A stretch of DNA of 64,000 nt, taken from positions 448,001 through 512,000 of the forward strand of contig CAXXMV010000001.1 of NCBI GenBank assembly GCA_963662285.2. Direction: 5' to 3'. Below the pieces are notes generated by a model, which worked only from the letters and a program-made list of their open reading frames with translations, had not been told where the DNA came from and did no database searches. Source of the stretch: a bacterium (GTDB lineage: Bacteria > Hinthialibacterota > Hinthialibacteria > Hinthialibacterales > Hinthialibacteraceae). Made by a program: the position numbers and the translations under genes. Position 1 is the first letter of the stretch; every line of letters starts with the position of its first letter. Positions 1 to 9,355 of the stretch are shown here, in pieces.

Positions 1-461
1 TTGAGCACTTCGTCTAATACCTCATCCAAATAAGGATTCCACCACCACTCACCCGGTCGACAAAAAGGAGAAATCAGGATAAAGGGAAAACCTTCTTCCC
101 CAAAAAGAGATGTCGATAACGCTTCATCTTCAACAATCCCAGGGAGTAAGCCAGTAGCATTTCTCAGTACATCTGCATCATCCACTCCTGTTTCAACATA
201 TCCATGAAGAAACATTAGCAGAGGCCACTTTTTATCTGTTTGCCCGTACTCTTTAGGTAAATATAGCAAATAATCATATTCAAATCCCGAACTCATCTTG
301 ATTTGTTTACCGGCTTCTTGCGCATCACAGATAGTGCAAGGAAAGCATAAAAAGGTAAACAAGATAGTAAGAAGCCACATTCTATTATTAACGCTATTTT
401 TCATTAATTGATTATCATTGAAGAGACGATACGAACATTTGAATAACAATTGATTATGCAT
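1..461 (-). CDS. Alpha/beta-hydrolase (phospholipase/carboxylesterase or predicted peptidase family), runs off the window edge
   Basis: Not in the ORF track; translated by hand from ATG at 461 (GAGG upstream): MHNQ...YDYLLYLPKEY...KWPLLMFLHG...FPFILISPFC..., open to position 1. Confidence 0.75.
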   Translation of the reverse strand, partial: MHNQLLFKCSYRLFNDNQLMKNSVNNRMWLLTILFTFLCFPCTICDAQEAGKQIKMSSGFEYDYLLYLPKEYGQTDKKWPLLMFLHGYVETGVDDADVLRNATGLLPGIVEDEALSTSLFGEEGFPFILISPFCRPGEWWWNPYLDEVLDEVL

Positions 462-510
462 TTACATTACCTCTTTTATAGCATTATTTCACAACGATAC
501 AATCATATAT

Positions 511-580
511 GGTAGACCACGCTTAACTAATCCACCGATAATCATTGATTTAGTGGATTATAAACGCGATCCCACTCTAC
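511..580. repeat. Degenerate GTAG-family REP doublet (REPIN-like)
   Basis: GTAG...TAATCCACC ... GTGGATTA...ATCCCACTCTAC; inverted TAATCCAC/GTGGATTA core with GTAG/CTAC ends. Confidence 0.5.
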
Positions 581-585
581 AAGAC

Positions 586-807
586 TGGTTAGAGTTATAG
601 AACGTTTCATTTTATCCCCCTACTGGATGATATAAATATAATATTCGCTCACCCCAACATAACTTGTCAATAGCAAATAGATCGAAAACGCAATATTCCT
701 GAACATCTTAGACATACGTATAAATAAGTTTATAGATTGTTCTAAACCACTTGTTAAAAATCAGGTTCAAATAAAAATCCCCTATCCCACGAGTTGGGGG
801 ATAGGGG
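586..807 (-). repeat. 222-bp repeat copy A (hairpin + TTGACA-containing upstream region + RBS + first 8 codons MKRSITLT), inverted relative to 6572-6793
   Basis: Reverse complement aligns by hand to 6572-6793 with about 22 differences in 222 nt. Confidence 0.95.
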
Positions 808-808
808 G
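778..808. terminator. GC-rich hairpin, probable terminator/REP-like palindrome downstream of 909-1925
   Basis: CCCCTATCCC-loop-GGGATAGGGG with flanking A/T runs. Confidence 0.65.
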
Positions 809-908
809 TTTTGGTTTTCGGGGGTGGTTCTTTGGTGGACAGGAAACAGACTGCCCTTGGCGCCCGGCGTTCATGCCCGATATATCATTGGGTGGATTTT
901 TGGGGAAT

Positions 909-1925
909 TTATTGTTGCATTTTTTGTTTCTGTTTTTCCTTCATGGATTGCATTAATTTTTGATACTCTTCCTTGGTGGCTGCTTCCATTGGAGGGAACC
1001 AATTTGGTCCGACTTCCAAAGTGGATGAACAGAGGACGTGATAATCGTATGGTTTGGCGTCAAGTTCGGGGAAATTGGCAATAGGCCGAATGTTGGTTTC
1101 CAGTTTTCCTCTGGCTAAAGAGAATAATAGCAGAAATTCCGGTTGGATTCTTGTCGAAGGCAGATGTCCCACGCATTTGAAGGTCCGGTCATTCTCAACT
1201 GAACCATATTGCCGCCACAAAAGTTCTCCATCCTTGCCGACAACCGCCGCGCCAACCGAGTACTGCAGTGCGGCGGAGGGCATGATGACTCCTTCGCGCG
1301 CTTTCAATTCTCCGGTTACCACGAAATATTTACCCTGAGGCGCATTGGGTTTTATCGGCTGCACCTGCGCCTTTTGGGGAGCATTTTGGTTAAATAAAGC
1401 CAGATCAATTACGCCATAAGAAACATTCTCGAACTCCAGGGGTTCAGGGTGAATCATAACCTGAGATGCGGCAACAGTTTGGCCGCCGGGAATAGAAAAT
1501 AGCATCATTTTATTGGGCGTGTATTCAACAAAAGGGAATAGTATTAATTGAGGATTATAAAAAGCTGTATCCTGAACCGGATTGCCTTCACTTGAGGCTG
1601 CCGGTTGTTTCTTGGCGTCGTTTTGCTCTTTGGTAGAATTGGTGATTGTTTGTTGATTGAGCAGTTTCTTGGCGGAGTCTAAATAGCGGAATGGTCCTTT
1701 ATACTCAGAACCGATTCTGACGAAAAAGCGTTCCTTGAACTCGAAGAAAATGACGCCGTCTTTTTGGGCTTTATAGACATCCTCTATGGTCTCGCATTTG
1801 ATTACATCACTTGCAGCCGCTTTGGATTGGGTTTGCGCCAGCGCCTTAATTGGCAATATCGCGTTTACCGGCAATAAAAAGATGAATGCCGCTGCTATAA
1901 ATAAAATTCGATTTGTTGAAAACAT
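909..1925 (-). CDS. Exported hypothetical protein
   Basis: 338 aa, signal peptide ending ALA-Q, AAGGAG upstream. Confidence 0.8.
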   Translation of the reverse strand: MFSTNRILFIAAAFIFLLPVNAILPIKALAQTQSKAAASDVIKCETIEDVYKAQKDGVIFFEFKERFFVRIGSEYKGPFRYLDSAKKLLNQQTITNSTKEQNDAKKQPAASSEGNPVQDTAFYNPQLILFPFVEYTPNKMMLFSIPGGQTVAASQVMIHPEPLEFENVSYGVIDLALFNQNAPQKAQVQPIKPNAPQGKYFVVTGELKAREGVIMPSAALQYSVGAAVVGKDGELLWRQYGSVENDRTFKCVGHLPSTRIQPEFLLLFSLARGKLETNIRPIANFPELDAKPYDYHVLCSSTLEVGPNWFPPMEAATKEEYQKLMQSMKEKQKQKMQQ

Positions 1926-2124
1926 GAGTAGCGTACTCCTTTAGGATGAGAAAGAGTATTCGTTGAATACTCATGATCATTATTATTCATTTAGAGAATA
2001 TCACAAGCCGCTTTTGTTGACCATTATCGGGATTATGATTAATCAAGTCTCGCCTAAAGTATATTTTTCAATATAATCTGATAACATCAAAATTATATGA
2101 ATTCAAACCTGTCGGGATAAAACC

Positions 2125-3930
2125 ATGCAGCAGATTGGCAATGATGAACTCGAACAACGCAATATGGCTCTGATTCTGTCAATATATCCCCATTACGCCG
2201 ATCTGTTTAATTCCACTGCGGCGGCTGCTCAGTATCAAATCGAGCAGATCAGTAATAATACGTATACCTGCCAACTGAAAGATGAAAACGCTCAGACCCA
2301 ATGGCTGCATGGTCCACATGATCCCTGGCAGTGGGCGGAAGCGCAAATTAAACAATCCAACTGGGCGTCGCAGCGCACTTTCGCCATTCTGCGTCCCGGA
2401 CTGGGGTATATCCCTATAACTCTCTATCCCAATCTACGCAAAGGGCGCACCGCGCAACGCATGTTGCTGGTCGAAGACCGGATTGACCTGTTCCGCCTTT
2501 CGCTAAGATTATTCGATTGGACGGACATAATCCGCTCGGATCGCATCATTCTGGCATTAACCGACAAGCCGGTTGAAACTATGGTGCAGTTTTTTTCATC
2601 CAATCCAGTCGCCATTCTTCCGCCTCTATCAGTTCTGGGAGGCGTGATCTGGGGTGATGAGGAGCGCCGTTATATGGGGCTGCTGAAGGAACATCTGGGC
2701 GAAATGGCGCAGACGGTTAACCACGCCGCACGGCAATATCTCAACGAATTAAACGGTCATTATCTAGCTGTCGCCAACGATTCCGGGCATCGTAAACGGG
2801 TATTAATGGTGGAGCCGGAGCATGATTATCTGGCTAATCCTATCGCTAAAGCCTTTGAAGAAGAGGGTTGCGTTATCGAAATGTACAAGGGCAACCGTCG
2901 GCTGTTGCGCTTTCTGAATCCTTATGTCTGGTTGGTTTACGCCAGAGAGAATCTGCCTGACGTCCTGTTGTGGATGAATCGTAATACCCTTTCGCCTGAA
3001 GGGGCTGAAGATTTGGGGCAATTCCCCATAAAAAAGGTGCTGTGGTATCTGGATAGCCCGAAAAGAGTGAAAACTTCTAAGGAAGAACTGGACGCCACTG
3101 ACGCCTATTTCTCGTTTGACCGTTCATATCTGCCATATCTCAAAGACCTGTGCGGCAAAGAAGGCAGCCCTCTCTCCACCGCAACAGGTATAAGACCATT
3201 ACCCGAATGCGGGCCGGAACGAACATGGCCGGAACGGCAAGGCCCTGATGTTGGTTTTATGGGCGCTCTAGGCGCTGACCGTTTTCAGGATGTGCTGGCT
3301 TTCTGGCAGCGGCGCGATCCGCAGTTTGTGCAAATTCTGGATAGCATCATCGAAAATTACTTGAGCGATTCTTCTATATCTTTGGAAGAACGATATAACA
3401 ATTCTGAGGGAATCAGTCGGCTTCCGTTCAGTGGATTCGTAGTGCTTTATCTGGAAGAACGCTCTACTTACCTTCGGCGCCTGCGGTTTTTGCAGCCGCT
3501 TAAGGATTTGGGATTGGCCACCTATGGCGCCGCTGAATGGGGCGCCCCTGCATGGGCTGAGCAATTGGTTTCATGCTATTCAGGCGAGAAGCCCTCTTAT
3601 GAGACGGACCTGCCCCGCATCTATTATCATACTAAGATCAATATAAACGTGTTTCATGTTCAATGCGTCGATTCCACCAATCCACGGGTCTATGACGTGC
3701 TGGCGGCGGGGGGATTTTTGTTGACGGAATACCGCCCGGAAATCGAGCGCGAATTTATAATAGGCCAACACCTGGATTGCTTCCATTCACCGGATGAAGC
3801 GCGTGAAAAGGCGCAATACTACCTTGACAACCAACAGAAACGTGAAGAGATTGCCCGCGCCGGGCAGGAGTTCGTCCTCAATAACGCTACTTACCGCCAC
3901 CGGGTTAGGGCGCTGCTCGATAGTATTTAA
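2125..3930 (+). CDS. CgeB-like glycosyltransferase (Glyco_trans_1_2 C-terminal domain)
   Basis: KININV...NPRVYDVLAAGGFLLTE...REEIARAGQEFV...TYRHR signature. Confidence 0.8.
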   Translation: MQQIGNDELEQRNMALILSIYPHYADLFNSTAAAAQYQIEQISNNTYTCQLKDENAQTQWLHGPHDPWQWAEAQIKQSNWASQRTFAILRPGLGYIPITLYPNLRKGRTAQRMLLVEDRIDLFRLSLRLFDWTDIIRSDRIILALTDKPVETMVQFFSSNPVAILPPLSVLGGVIWGDEERRYMGLLKEHLGEMAQTVNHAARQYLNELNGHYLAVANDSGHRKRVLMVEPEHDYLANPIAKAFEEEGCVIEMYKGNRRLLRFLNPYVWLVYARENLPDVLLWMNRNTLSPEGAEDLGQFPIKKVLWYLDSPKRVKTSKEELDATDAYFSFDRSYLPYLKDLCGKEGSPLSTATGIRPLPECGPERTWPERQGPDVGFMGALGADRFQDVLAFWQRRDPQFVQILDSIIENYLSDSSISLEERYNNSEGISRLPFSGFVVLYLEERSTYLRRLRFLQPLKDLGLATYGAAEWGAPAWAEQLVSCYSGEKPSYETDLPRIYYHTKININVFHVQCVDSTNPRVYDVLAAGGFLLTEYRPEIEREFIIGQHLDCFHSPDEAREKAQYYLDNQQKREEIARAGQEFVLNNATYRHRVRALLDSI

Positions 3931-4122
3931 TAAGAAAATGTATTACTCTAGAATGTCATATACATTAATGATGATTAGGTAAAAAGTAGATGAAAGACGA
4001 AACTCGTGCTATATCTTGTATATAAGTCTTATGAATATCCACTAATTATTGAGGTCATAAAAACAGATTTTGACTTTTACCGTTTCGTCTTTAATAATCA
4101 AACATGGAGATTTCTAAATCAA

Positions 4123-4680
4123 ATGAAATCTATGATAATTCAACTTAAGACTTTCATGATTTCAACGCTATTGATTATGTGTACTGCGTGTATGGATAAT
4201 AATAACAATATTGATCCTAAGAATGATTCACTTCCTCCAGGCGCCCTCGGCGCTCTGCCTACCGTTACGTTTACGCTGGGAGGCGTTGAGGTGGAGATCG
4301 AGATTGCTTCTGCTCCGGCAGAGCAGACTCAGGGCTTGATGTACCGCACAGCAATGCCGGAAAATCATGGCATGCTCTTCGTTAACCGTGAAGCGCGTTA
4401 TCTCAGTTTCTGGATGAAAAACACCCGGCTCCCTCTTTCTATCGCTTATATCAGAGATGACCTGGTAATTGGTAATATTCTAAAGATGAAGCCTCAGATT
4501 GGTGAGTATGAACCGGCTGAGCGATATCATTCCAAGTATAAATCTTTGTATGCGCTGGAAATGAATCAAGGCTGGTTCGAGAAACACGGCGTCAAAGCGG
4601 GAGACCGGATCGATTTGCCTTTGAAGGATATAGAGCAGATTATTGCCAGAGCAGCGTTTGATAATACCAAACAAAAATAA
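4123..4680 (+). CDS. DUF192 family protein, probable lipoprotein
   Basis: EIA...QGLMYR...GMLF...FWMKNTRLPLSIAY...YALEMNQGWF; ORF track starts at 4006 but ATG 4123 gives a signal peptide with TAC lipobox. Confidence 0.85.
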   Translation: MKSMIIQLKTFMISTLLIMCTACMDNNNNIDPKNDSLPPGALGALPTVTFTLGGVEVEIEIASAPAEQTQGLMYRTAMPENHGMLFVNREARYLSFWMKNTRLPLSIAYIRDDLVIGNILKMKPQIGEYEPAERYHSKYKSLYALEMNQGWFEKHGVKAGDRIDLPLKDIEQIIARAAFDNTKQK

Positions 4681-4723
4681 TCGAAAAAAATAAAACAGAC
4701 TGTCTTATACCGGAGGTTCAATC

Positions 4724-6538
4724 ATGAGGATGCGCATAATCGGGATAATTATACTTATCGGAGTGCTGGTCATGCCTGTCATGGCTCAGCAAAATATCAA
4801 TCCTGTGAAACGGCTCGAAGTTTCCGCACTTGCATTGCATGTCGATGGAACGACTCTTTTCGTCGGTGGATCGGATAAACTAAGGATTTACGATATCAGT
4901 GATGGCGGCAACCCAATACTGCTGGGTGATCTTGAGGTTTCAGCGGGCATCACGGGCATAGCGGTAACCGATGGAGTCGCTATTGTGGCGCTCGAACATC
5001 AAAACGAGCCTAACTTGCTGGTTGTGGATGTCAGTAATTTATCATCTCCCCGGCTTCTCTTTGAAAGACGCACCGATCAGGATCGTAAGATGTTATCAGC
5101 CGTGCGAAGCGTAGGACGGATAATATACCTGGGTTTGGATGATAAAGAGATTCAGGTGACGGAACTGGATCAAAACAATAACGTCAGCACCATCCTCAGC
5201 ATTCTGCCGGTTTCGGATGTTATCACTGACATGCGCATCAAGGGCGACCGGATGTACGTCTCGACCTGGTTCAGTATTTTAGTTGTCGATATCAGCGATC
5301 CGTCTAATATCCATCTGATCAGGGAAATTTTCACCGATGACGCCAATAACGGGATATCCATCGATGGCGATCTTCTGGCCTCGGCGGAAGGTTTTACCGG
5401 CATTACGTTTTACGATATTTCCAATCCTGACGACCCCCAGAAGATAACCACCAAAATGATTTACGCTGATAATGAAAACTGGCGCGTGGCTATTCGTAAA
5501 GAGTATTGTTATGTCGCGGTATTGAATAAGCCGTCGCAGAATATTTTTGATCTGCCTGATCCGGGTGGATTGCGCATCTATGATTATCAGTCGATGAGCA
5601 ATATCAAGCCCATATATACCAACGACGTCGAAACCAGCGGTATGGACGTCCTGGCTTATGATGGCTATGTGTATATCGCCGAAGACGCTACGCTGGGCGT
5701 TTTCCGTCATGGGCCATTAGGCGAGCGGGCTACTCCGACGCCTATCGTGCCGACCAACACCCCGACTCCGACATTCACCCATACGCCGACCAACACGCCG
5801 CCGCTGTTGATTCCACCGACTCCCACGCCGGTTCTGTCTCAGCCGACTCCCACGCCGACCAAAACATTCACGCCATTGCCAGCCGCGCCGACCCCGACTA
5901 ATACGGCTATTGCGGTTCAGCCGACGGCGACCAATACTCCACAGGCGGCGCAGCCTACGCCGACGCCTCAAACATCGACTGGCGATCTTCCGGCAGCGAT
6001 CTTCACCTCTGATTTTGATGGTCCGCTATTAGGCAATGAGCAATTCGCGGCGCAGCTGCCTTTTGCTGGAGCATTCACTCTGGCCGCGCATTCCATCGGC
6101 GCCATCCCCACCGATAACGCATTCGCTGGCGCCACTAATGGGCGGGGGCTTATGGTTACGCTCAACGCGGGCGACGCCGTCATGCTGATGGGGCCTTTCC
6201 TTACGCTTGACCCCGGAGTTCCGGCTTTGATCCGCGTCAGCGCCAGAAGCACTGGAGCGGGCGCCGCCGTTGCTCTGGCCGCGTTGGATGGATCGTTCGA
6301 CGGCTCGCAGGCCACCAATATCCCGGCCAACAGCCAGGTTTTCGCTGGAGCGTATAAGCGCTTCGTTCTACTCTATAAGCCGCCCACTAATTCAATTATC
6401 CCCATTCTGCAAGTCGCAGGCGGCGCGGCGATCACCGATCCAGTAACGGTCTATTTTGATAACCTAGAAATAATCCCCCTCCCGCCGGGAACCTCAATCC
6501 CCGCCGAAGCCCTGGGCGCAGGAGGCCTGGCGCCGTGA
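4724..6538 (+). CDS. Secreted LVIVD-repeat protein with Pro/Thr linker and C-terminal beta-rich domain
   Basis: Signal peptide, repeats LRIYDISD/LLVVDVSN/ILVVDISDP/ITFYDISNP, TPTP linker, GGAGG RBS. Confidence 0.85.
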   Translation: MRMRIIGIIILIGVLVMPVMAQQNINPVKRLEVSALALHVDGTTLFVGGSDKLRIYDISDGGNPILLGDLEVSAGITGIAVTDGVAIVALEHQNEPNLLVVDVSNLSSPRLLFERRTDQDRKMLSAVRSVGRIIYLGLDDKEIQVTELDQNNNVSTILSILPVSDVITDMRIKGDRMYVSTWFSILVVDISDPSNIHLIREIFTDDANNGISIDGDLLASAEGFTGITFYDISNPDDPQKITTKMIYADNENWRVAIRKEYCYVAVLNKPSQNIFDLPDPGGLRIYDYQSMSNIKPIYTNDVETSGMDVLAYDGYVYIAEDATLGVFRHGPLGERATPTPIVPTNTPTPTFTHTPTNTPPLLIPPTPTPVLSQPTPTPTKTFTPLPAAPTPTNTAIAVQPTATNTPQAAQPTPTPQTSTGDLPAAIFTSDFDGPLLGNEQFAAQLPFAGAFTLAAHSIGAIPTDNAFAGATNGRGLMVTLNAGDAVMLMGPFLTLDPGVPALIRVSARSTGAGAAVALAALDGSFDGSQATNIPANSQVFAGAYKRFVLLYKPPTNSIIPILQVAGGAAITDPVTVYFDNLEIIPLPPGTSIPAEALGAGGLAP

Positions 6539-6571
6539 TGTGATAGAAGTATTACCCTCTAATACATGAAT

Positions 6572-6793
6572 CCCCTATCCCCCAACTCGTGGGATAGGGG
6601 ATTTTTATTTGAATCCAATTTTTGACATGAGGTTTATAAGAATCCAATTAACTTATTTATACGTTTGTCAAAGATATGCAGGAATGTTGCGTTTTTGATC
6701 TATTTGCTATTGACAAGTTATGTTGAGGTAACGAATATTATATTTATACCATCCAGCAGGGGGATAAAATGAAACGTTCTATAACTCTAACCA
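6572..6793 (+). repeat. 222-bp repeat copy B; upstream region and start of the 6769-9177 gene
   Basis: Inverted match to 586-807; includes hairpin 6571-6601, TTGACA at 6710, GGGGG RBS and ATG 6769. Confidence 0.95.
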
Positions 6794-9177
6794 CTATTCT
6801 TCTAGTCAGTATTTTTCTATTCATGCATGAAGTTATCGCACAACCAACGCCTACGCCAACACCGGTATTACCTGAAGGTTATGACTGGAAATACAATCCA
6901 GATAATGGGCATTATTATGCATATGTTGACCAGACAATGAGTTGGAAAGGTGCATATAATTTTGCACAAGAATTAGGGGGATATATTTTAACTATCACTG
7001 ATGAACAAGAACAACAATGGTTAATTTCAACATTTTCTAGCAGTTATGGAGGATTTATAGGATTACAATATGACGGGAAATGGAAATGGATTACTGGTGA
7101 AAGTTATAGTTACAATAATTGGGCTCCTGGCGAGCCTTCTGGTGATGGATCAATTGTTGAAATAAGTGGAATAGGGTGGAATGATCGACCAGATACTCAT
7201 GAAAAACCTTTTATGGTTGAAATTGACCAAGTACCTGTTCTTACACCAACCCCAAAGATAACACCAAATCCAACCCCTACGCCAGAAATTTGGTCATCTC
7301 TTAATGGAGAAACTCTAGAAGATAATTACCTCACCGCAGGAGCGCCAGCTGGATATACGCAAGGAAGAATTAAGTTTGGAGAGATACCTGAAGGCGAGGG
7401 TTCTGATGGTAGGGGTATGGAGATCAAACTGGCGCCGGGCCAGGGCGTTTTCATTTCGTCATTCAAAGATTTTGCAATGCCGTCACTGGTTCATTTATCC
7501 GGCAGTTTTCGCGCTGATAATAAAGATGTGGCTATCGCTTTGGTTGGATTGAATAGCCCGGTTGATGGACAGATCGGATATACCAATGTCCGGGGAGAAG
7601 AAGTTCCGGTTAATGACTACCGTAAATTCAATCTCATTTTCGCCCCGCCTTCAGGCAACGTGCAGTATGCCATCCAGGCGGTTAACTCGCCATTCTCAAC
7701 TATATCATCTACGGTTTGGGTGGATAACATTGAGGTTAAATCTTATGAACCAATCGTTGATTTTGAACCAGTCGCGCTGGAAGTTGATGGCAACTTCGAA
7801 GGTGGTTTAGAATCGCTTATGGTTAATATAAATGGCGATGATGGAACCGTTATTCCATTTTTTGAAACAATTACCGATATTGCTTTGCGTATGTCAATTG
7901 AGCCTTCCAATATCGCCGCCAATATCGGAACTACCTGCCAGGGAATCTATGACCAATTCCCATTTAGTCTGCTGGGGCAAGTGAGCGTAAAACGTGAATC
8001 AATGCCGGGCGGAGGCATGATGGCCTTGGTTATAACCAACGGCTTCCAAAATCTTGGTATATTCCGATTCGCCGACCAAATCAAGACGATAAATGACGTG
8101 CAAGATGAAATGCTGATCATCGGCGGAGATTTCAACACAAATAACCCTGATATCCCGATAAGCGCATTCGTACAACTCGGCGGCCCCGGCGCTGATGTCT
8201 CGGTGGTGGTTGATGATATTGAAATATTTAAGGATGGTTATCCATATACTATAGTATACCCAACTCAAAATCCTTCATCTCCATCTCCAACCTATATAAA
8301 TACTCCTATTAGCATAAGTACGCCAACACAAAAACAAGTTCCTTTATTTACACCAACTTCTTCTTCAACACCAACACAAGTTCTTTTATTTACTCCGACC
8401 TCTTCTCCAACACCACAACTAATTCCTTCACCAATTCCAACTCCTTCGCCAACTCAATATATATTTGATGGACCAATAACAATAAATGGTTTTGTTAAAG
8501 CACAAGTACCTAGTGGACGCGTTTATAATGCTCAAATATCATTTAATGAGTTTATTGAAATCACTGTGGATAGTAAATATTCGATTACTCTACCAAAACC
8601 AGGTATATATAAAATTCAATTATATGTACCCAATCTTCCAAAGATGGAAATAGTAGAAGAATTTTTAGAGTCAATGGAGTACAATATTATTTATAATTAT
8701 GGTGTTATTATTACACCAACACCTTCAAATGAAGACCCAATAAACAAAACTCCTACGGCAACTATAACACCTACAATTATTATTAGCCCATCTCCAACTG
8801 CAACTCCATTATTTCCATCCCAAACTGAGATGCATGGAGATTGGTTACTTAAGCTTGGGCGTGGTGCTAGCGGATTTACTTCAGATACTTATATTGTGAA
8901 ATTATTATCGGGGAATATTCTTGTAATTGATGATCCTGAAATCGGTGTAATCCAAGGAACGTATTCATATAATGACAAAACAGGTTTATTCAATGGACAA
9001 TACAGTAAAAGCGGAAATCTCTCGAATTTAGGAAGATATCAACTCAACGGTGAGTTCTCTGGACAAATGAATGTCAATCAAGAACTGGTAGGTGTAATAA
9101 AAATCACTCAGATATCGTTCGATTTGGGTATATCTGTTTCTGATGATGCTGATTTTATTGGTAGAAAAATCGATTAA
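6769..9177 (+). CDS. Secreted C-type lectin domain protein with Pro/Thr linkers and two tandem beta-rich domains
   Basis: NGHYY...MSWKGA...GGYILTITDEQEQQW...FIGL...WKWITGE...YNNWAPGEP...WND lectin motifs; PT-rich linkers. Confidence 0.85.
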   Translation: MKRSITLTTILLVSIFLFMHEVIAQPTPTPTPVLPEGYDWKYNPDNGHYYAYVDQTMSWKGAYNFAQELGGYILTITDEQEQQWLISTFSSSYGGFIGLQYDGKWKWITGESYSYNNWAPGEPSGDGSIVEISGIGWNDRPDTHEKPFMVEIDQVPVLTPTPKITPNPTPTPEIWSSLNGETLEDNYLTAGAPAGYTQGRIKFGEIPEGEGSDGRGMEIKLAPGQGVFISSFKDFAMPSLVHLSGSFRADNKDVAIALVGLNSPVDGQIGYTNVRGEEVPVNDYRKFNLIFAPPSGNVQYAIQAVNSPFSTISSTVWVDNIEVKSYEPIVDFEPVALEVDGNFEGGLESLMVNINGDDGTVIPFFETITDIALRMSIEPSNIAANIGTTCQGIYDQFPFSLLGQVSVKRESMPGGGMMALVITNGFQNLGIFRFADQIKTINDVQDEMLIIGGDFNTNNPDIPISAFVQLGGPGADVSVVVDDIEIFKDGYPYTIVYPTQNPSSPSPTYINTPISISTPTQKQVPLFTPTSSSTPTQVLLFTPTSSPTPQLIPSPIPTPSPTQYIFDGPITINGFVKAQVPSGRVYNAQISFNEFIEITVDSKYSITLPKPGIYKIQLYVPNLPKMEIVEEFLESMEYNIIYNYGVIITPTPSNEDPINKTPTATITPTIIISPSPTATPLFPSQTEMHGDWLLKLGRGASGFTSDTYIVKLLSGNILVIDDPEIGVIQGTYSYNDKTGLFNGQYSKSGNLSNLGRYQLNGEFSGQMNVNQELVGVIKITQISFDLGISVSDDADFIGRKID

Positions 9178-9252
9178 ATATGCGCGGGTGCCAAGGGTAG
9201 TGTCCTTTCTACCCTTGAAAACCACCTACGATTAAACAAACTTACGCATAGA

Positions 9253-9329
9253 GTGGGGAGCATCGGCTTCTAGCCGGTGCGTCAAAGGTGGTTTTTTCGG
9301 TGGGTCGGTGAGGCGCGACCCACCCCACG
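9253..9329. repeat. REP-like palindromes between convergent genes
   Basis: GCATCGGC-TTCTA-GCCGGTGC and GTGGGTCG-N8-CGACCCAC(CCCAC) hairpins. Confidence 0.55.
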
Positions 9330-9355
9330 CTTTGGTGGACTTTTTTTGCGTGGGC

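Noticed and set aside
5730-5975. Repetitive DNA resembling an array
   Set aside because: Explained by Pro/Thr linker codons; no constant repeat-spacer period, so not CRISPR
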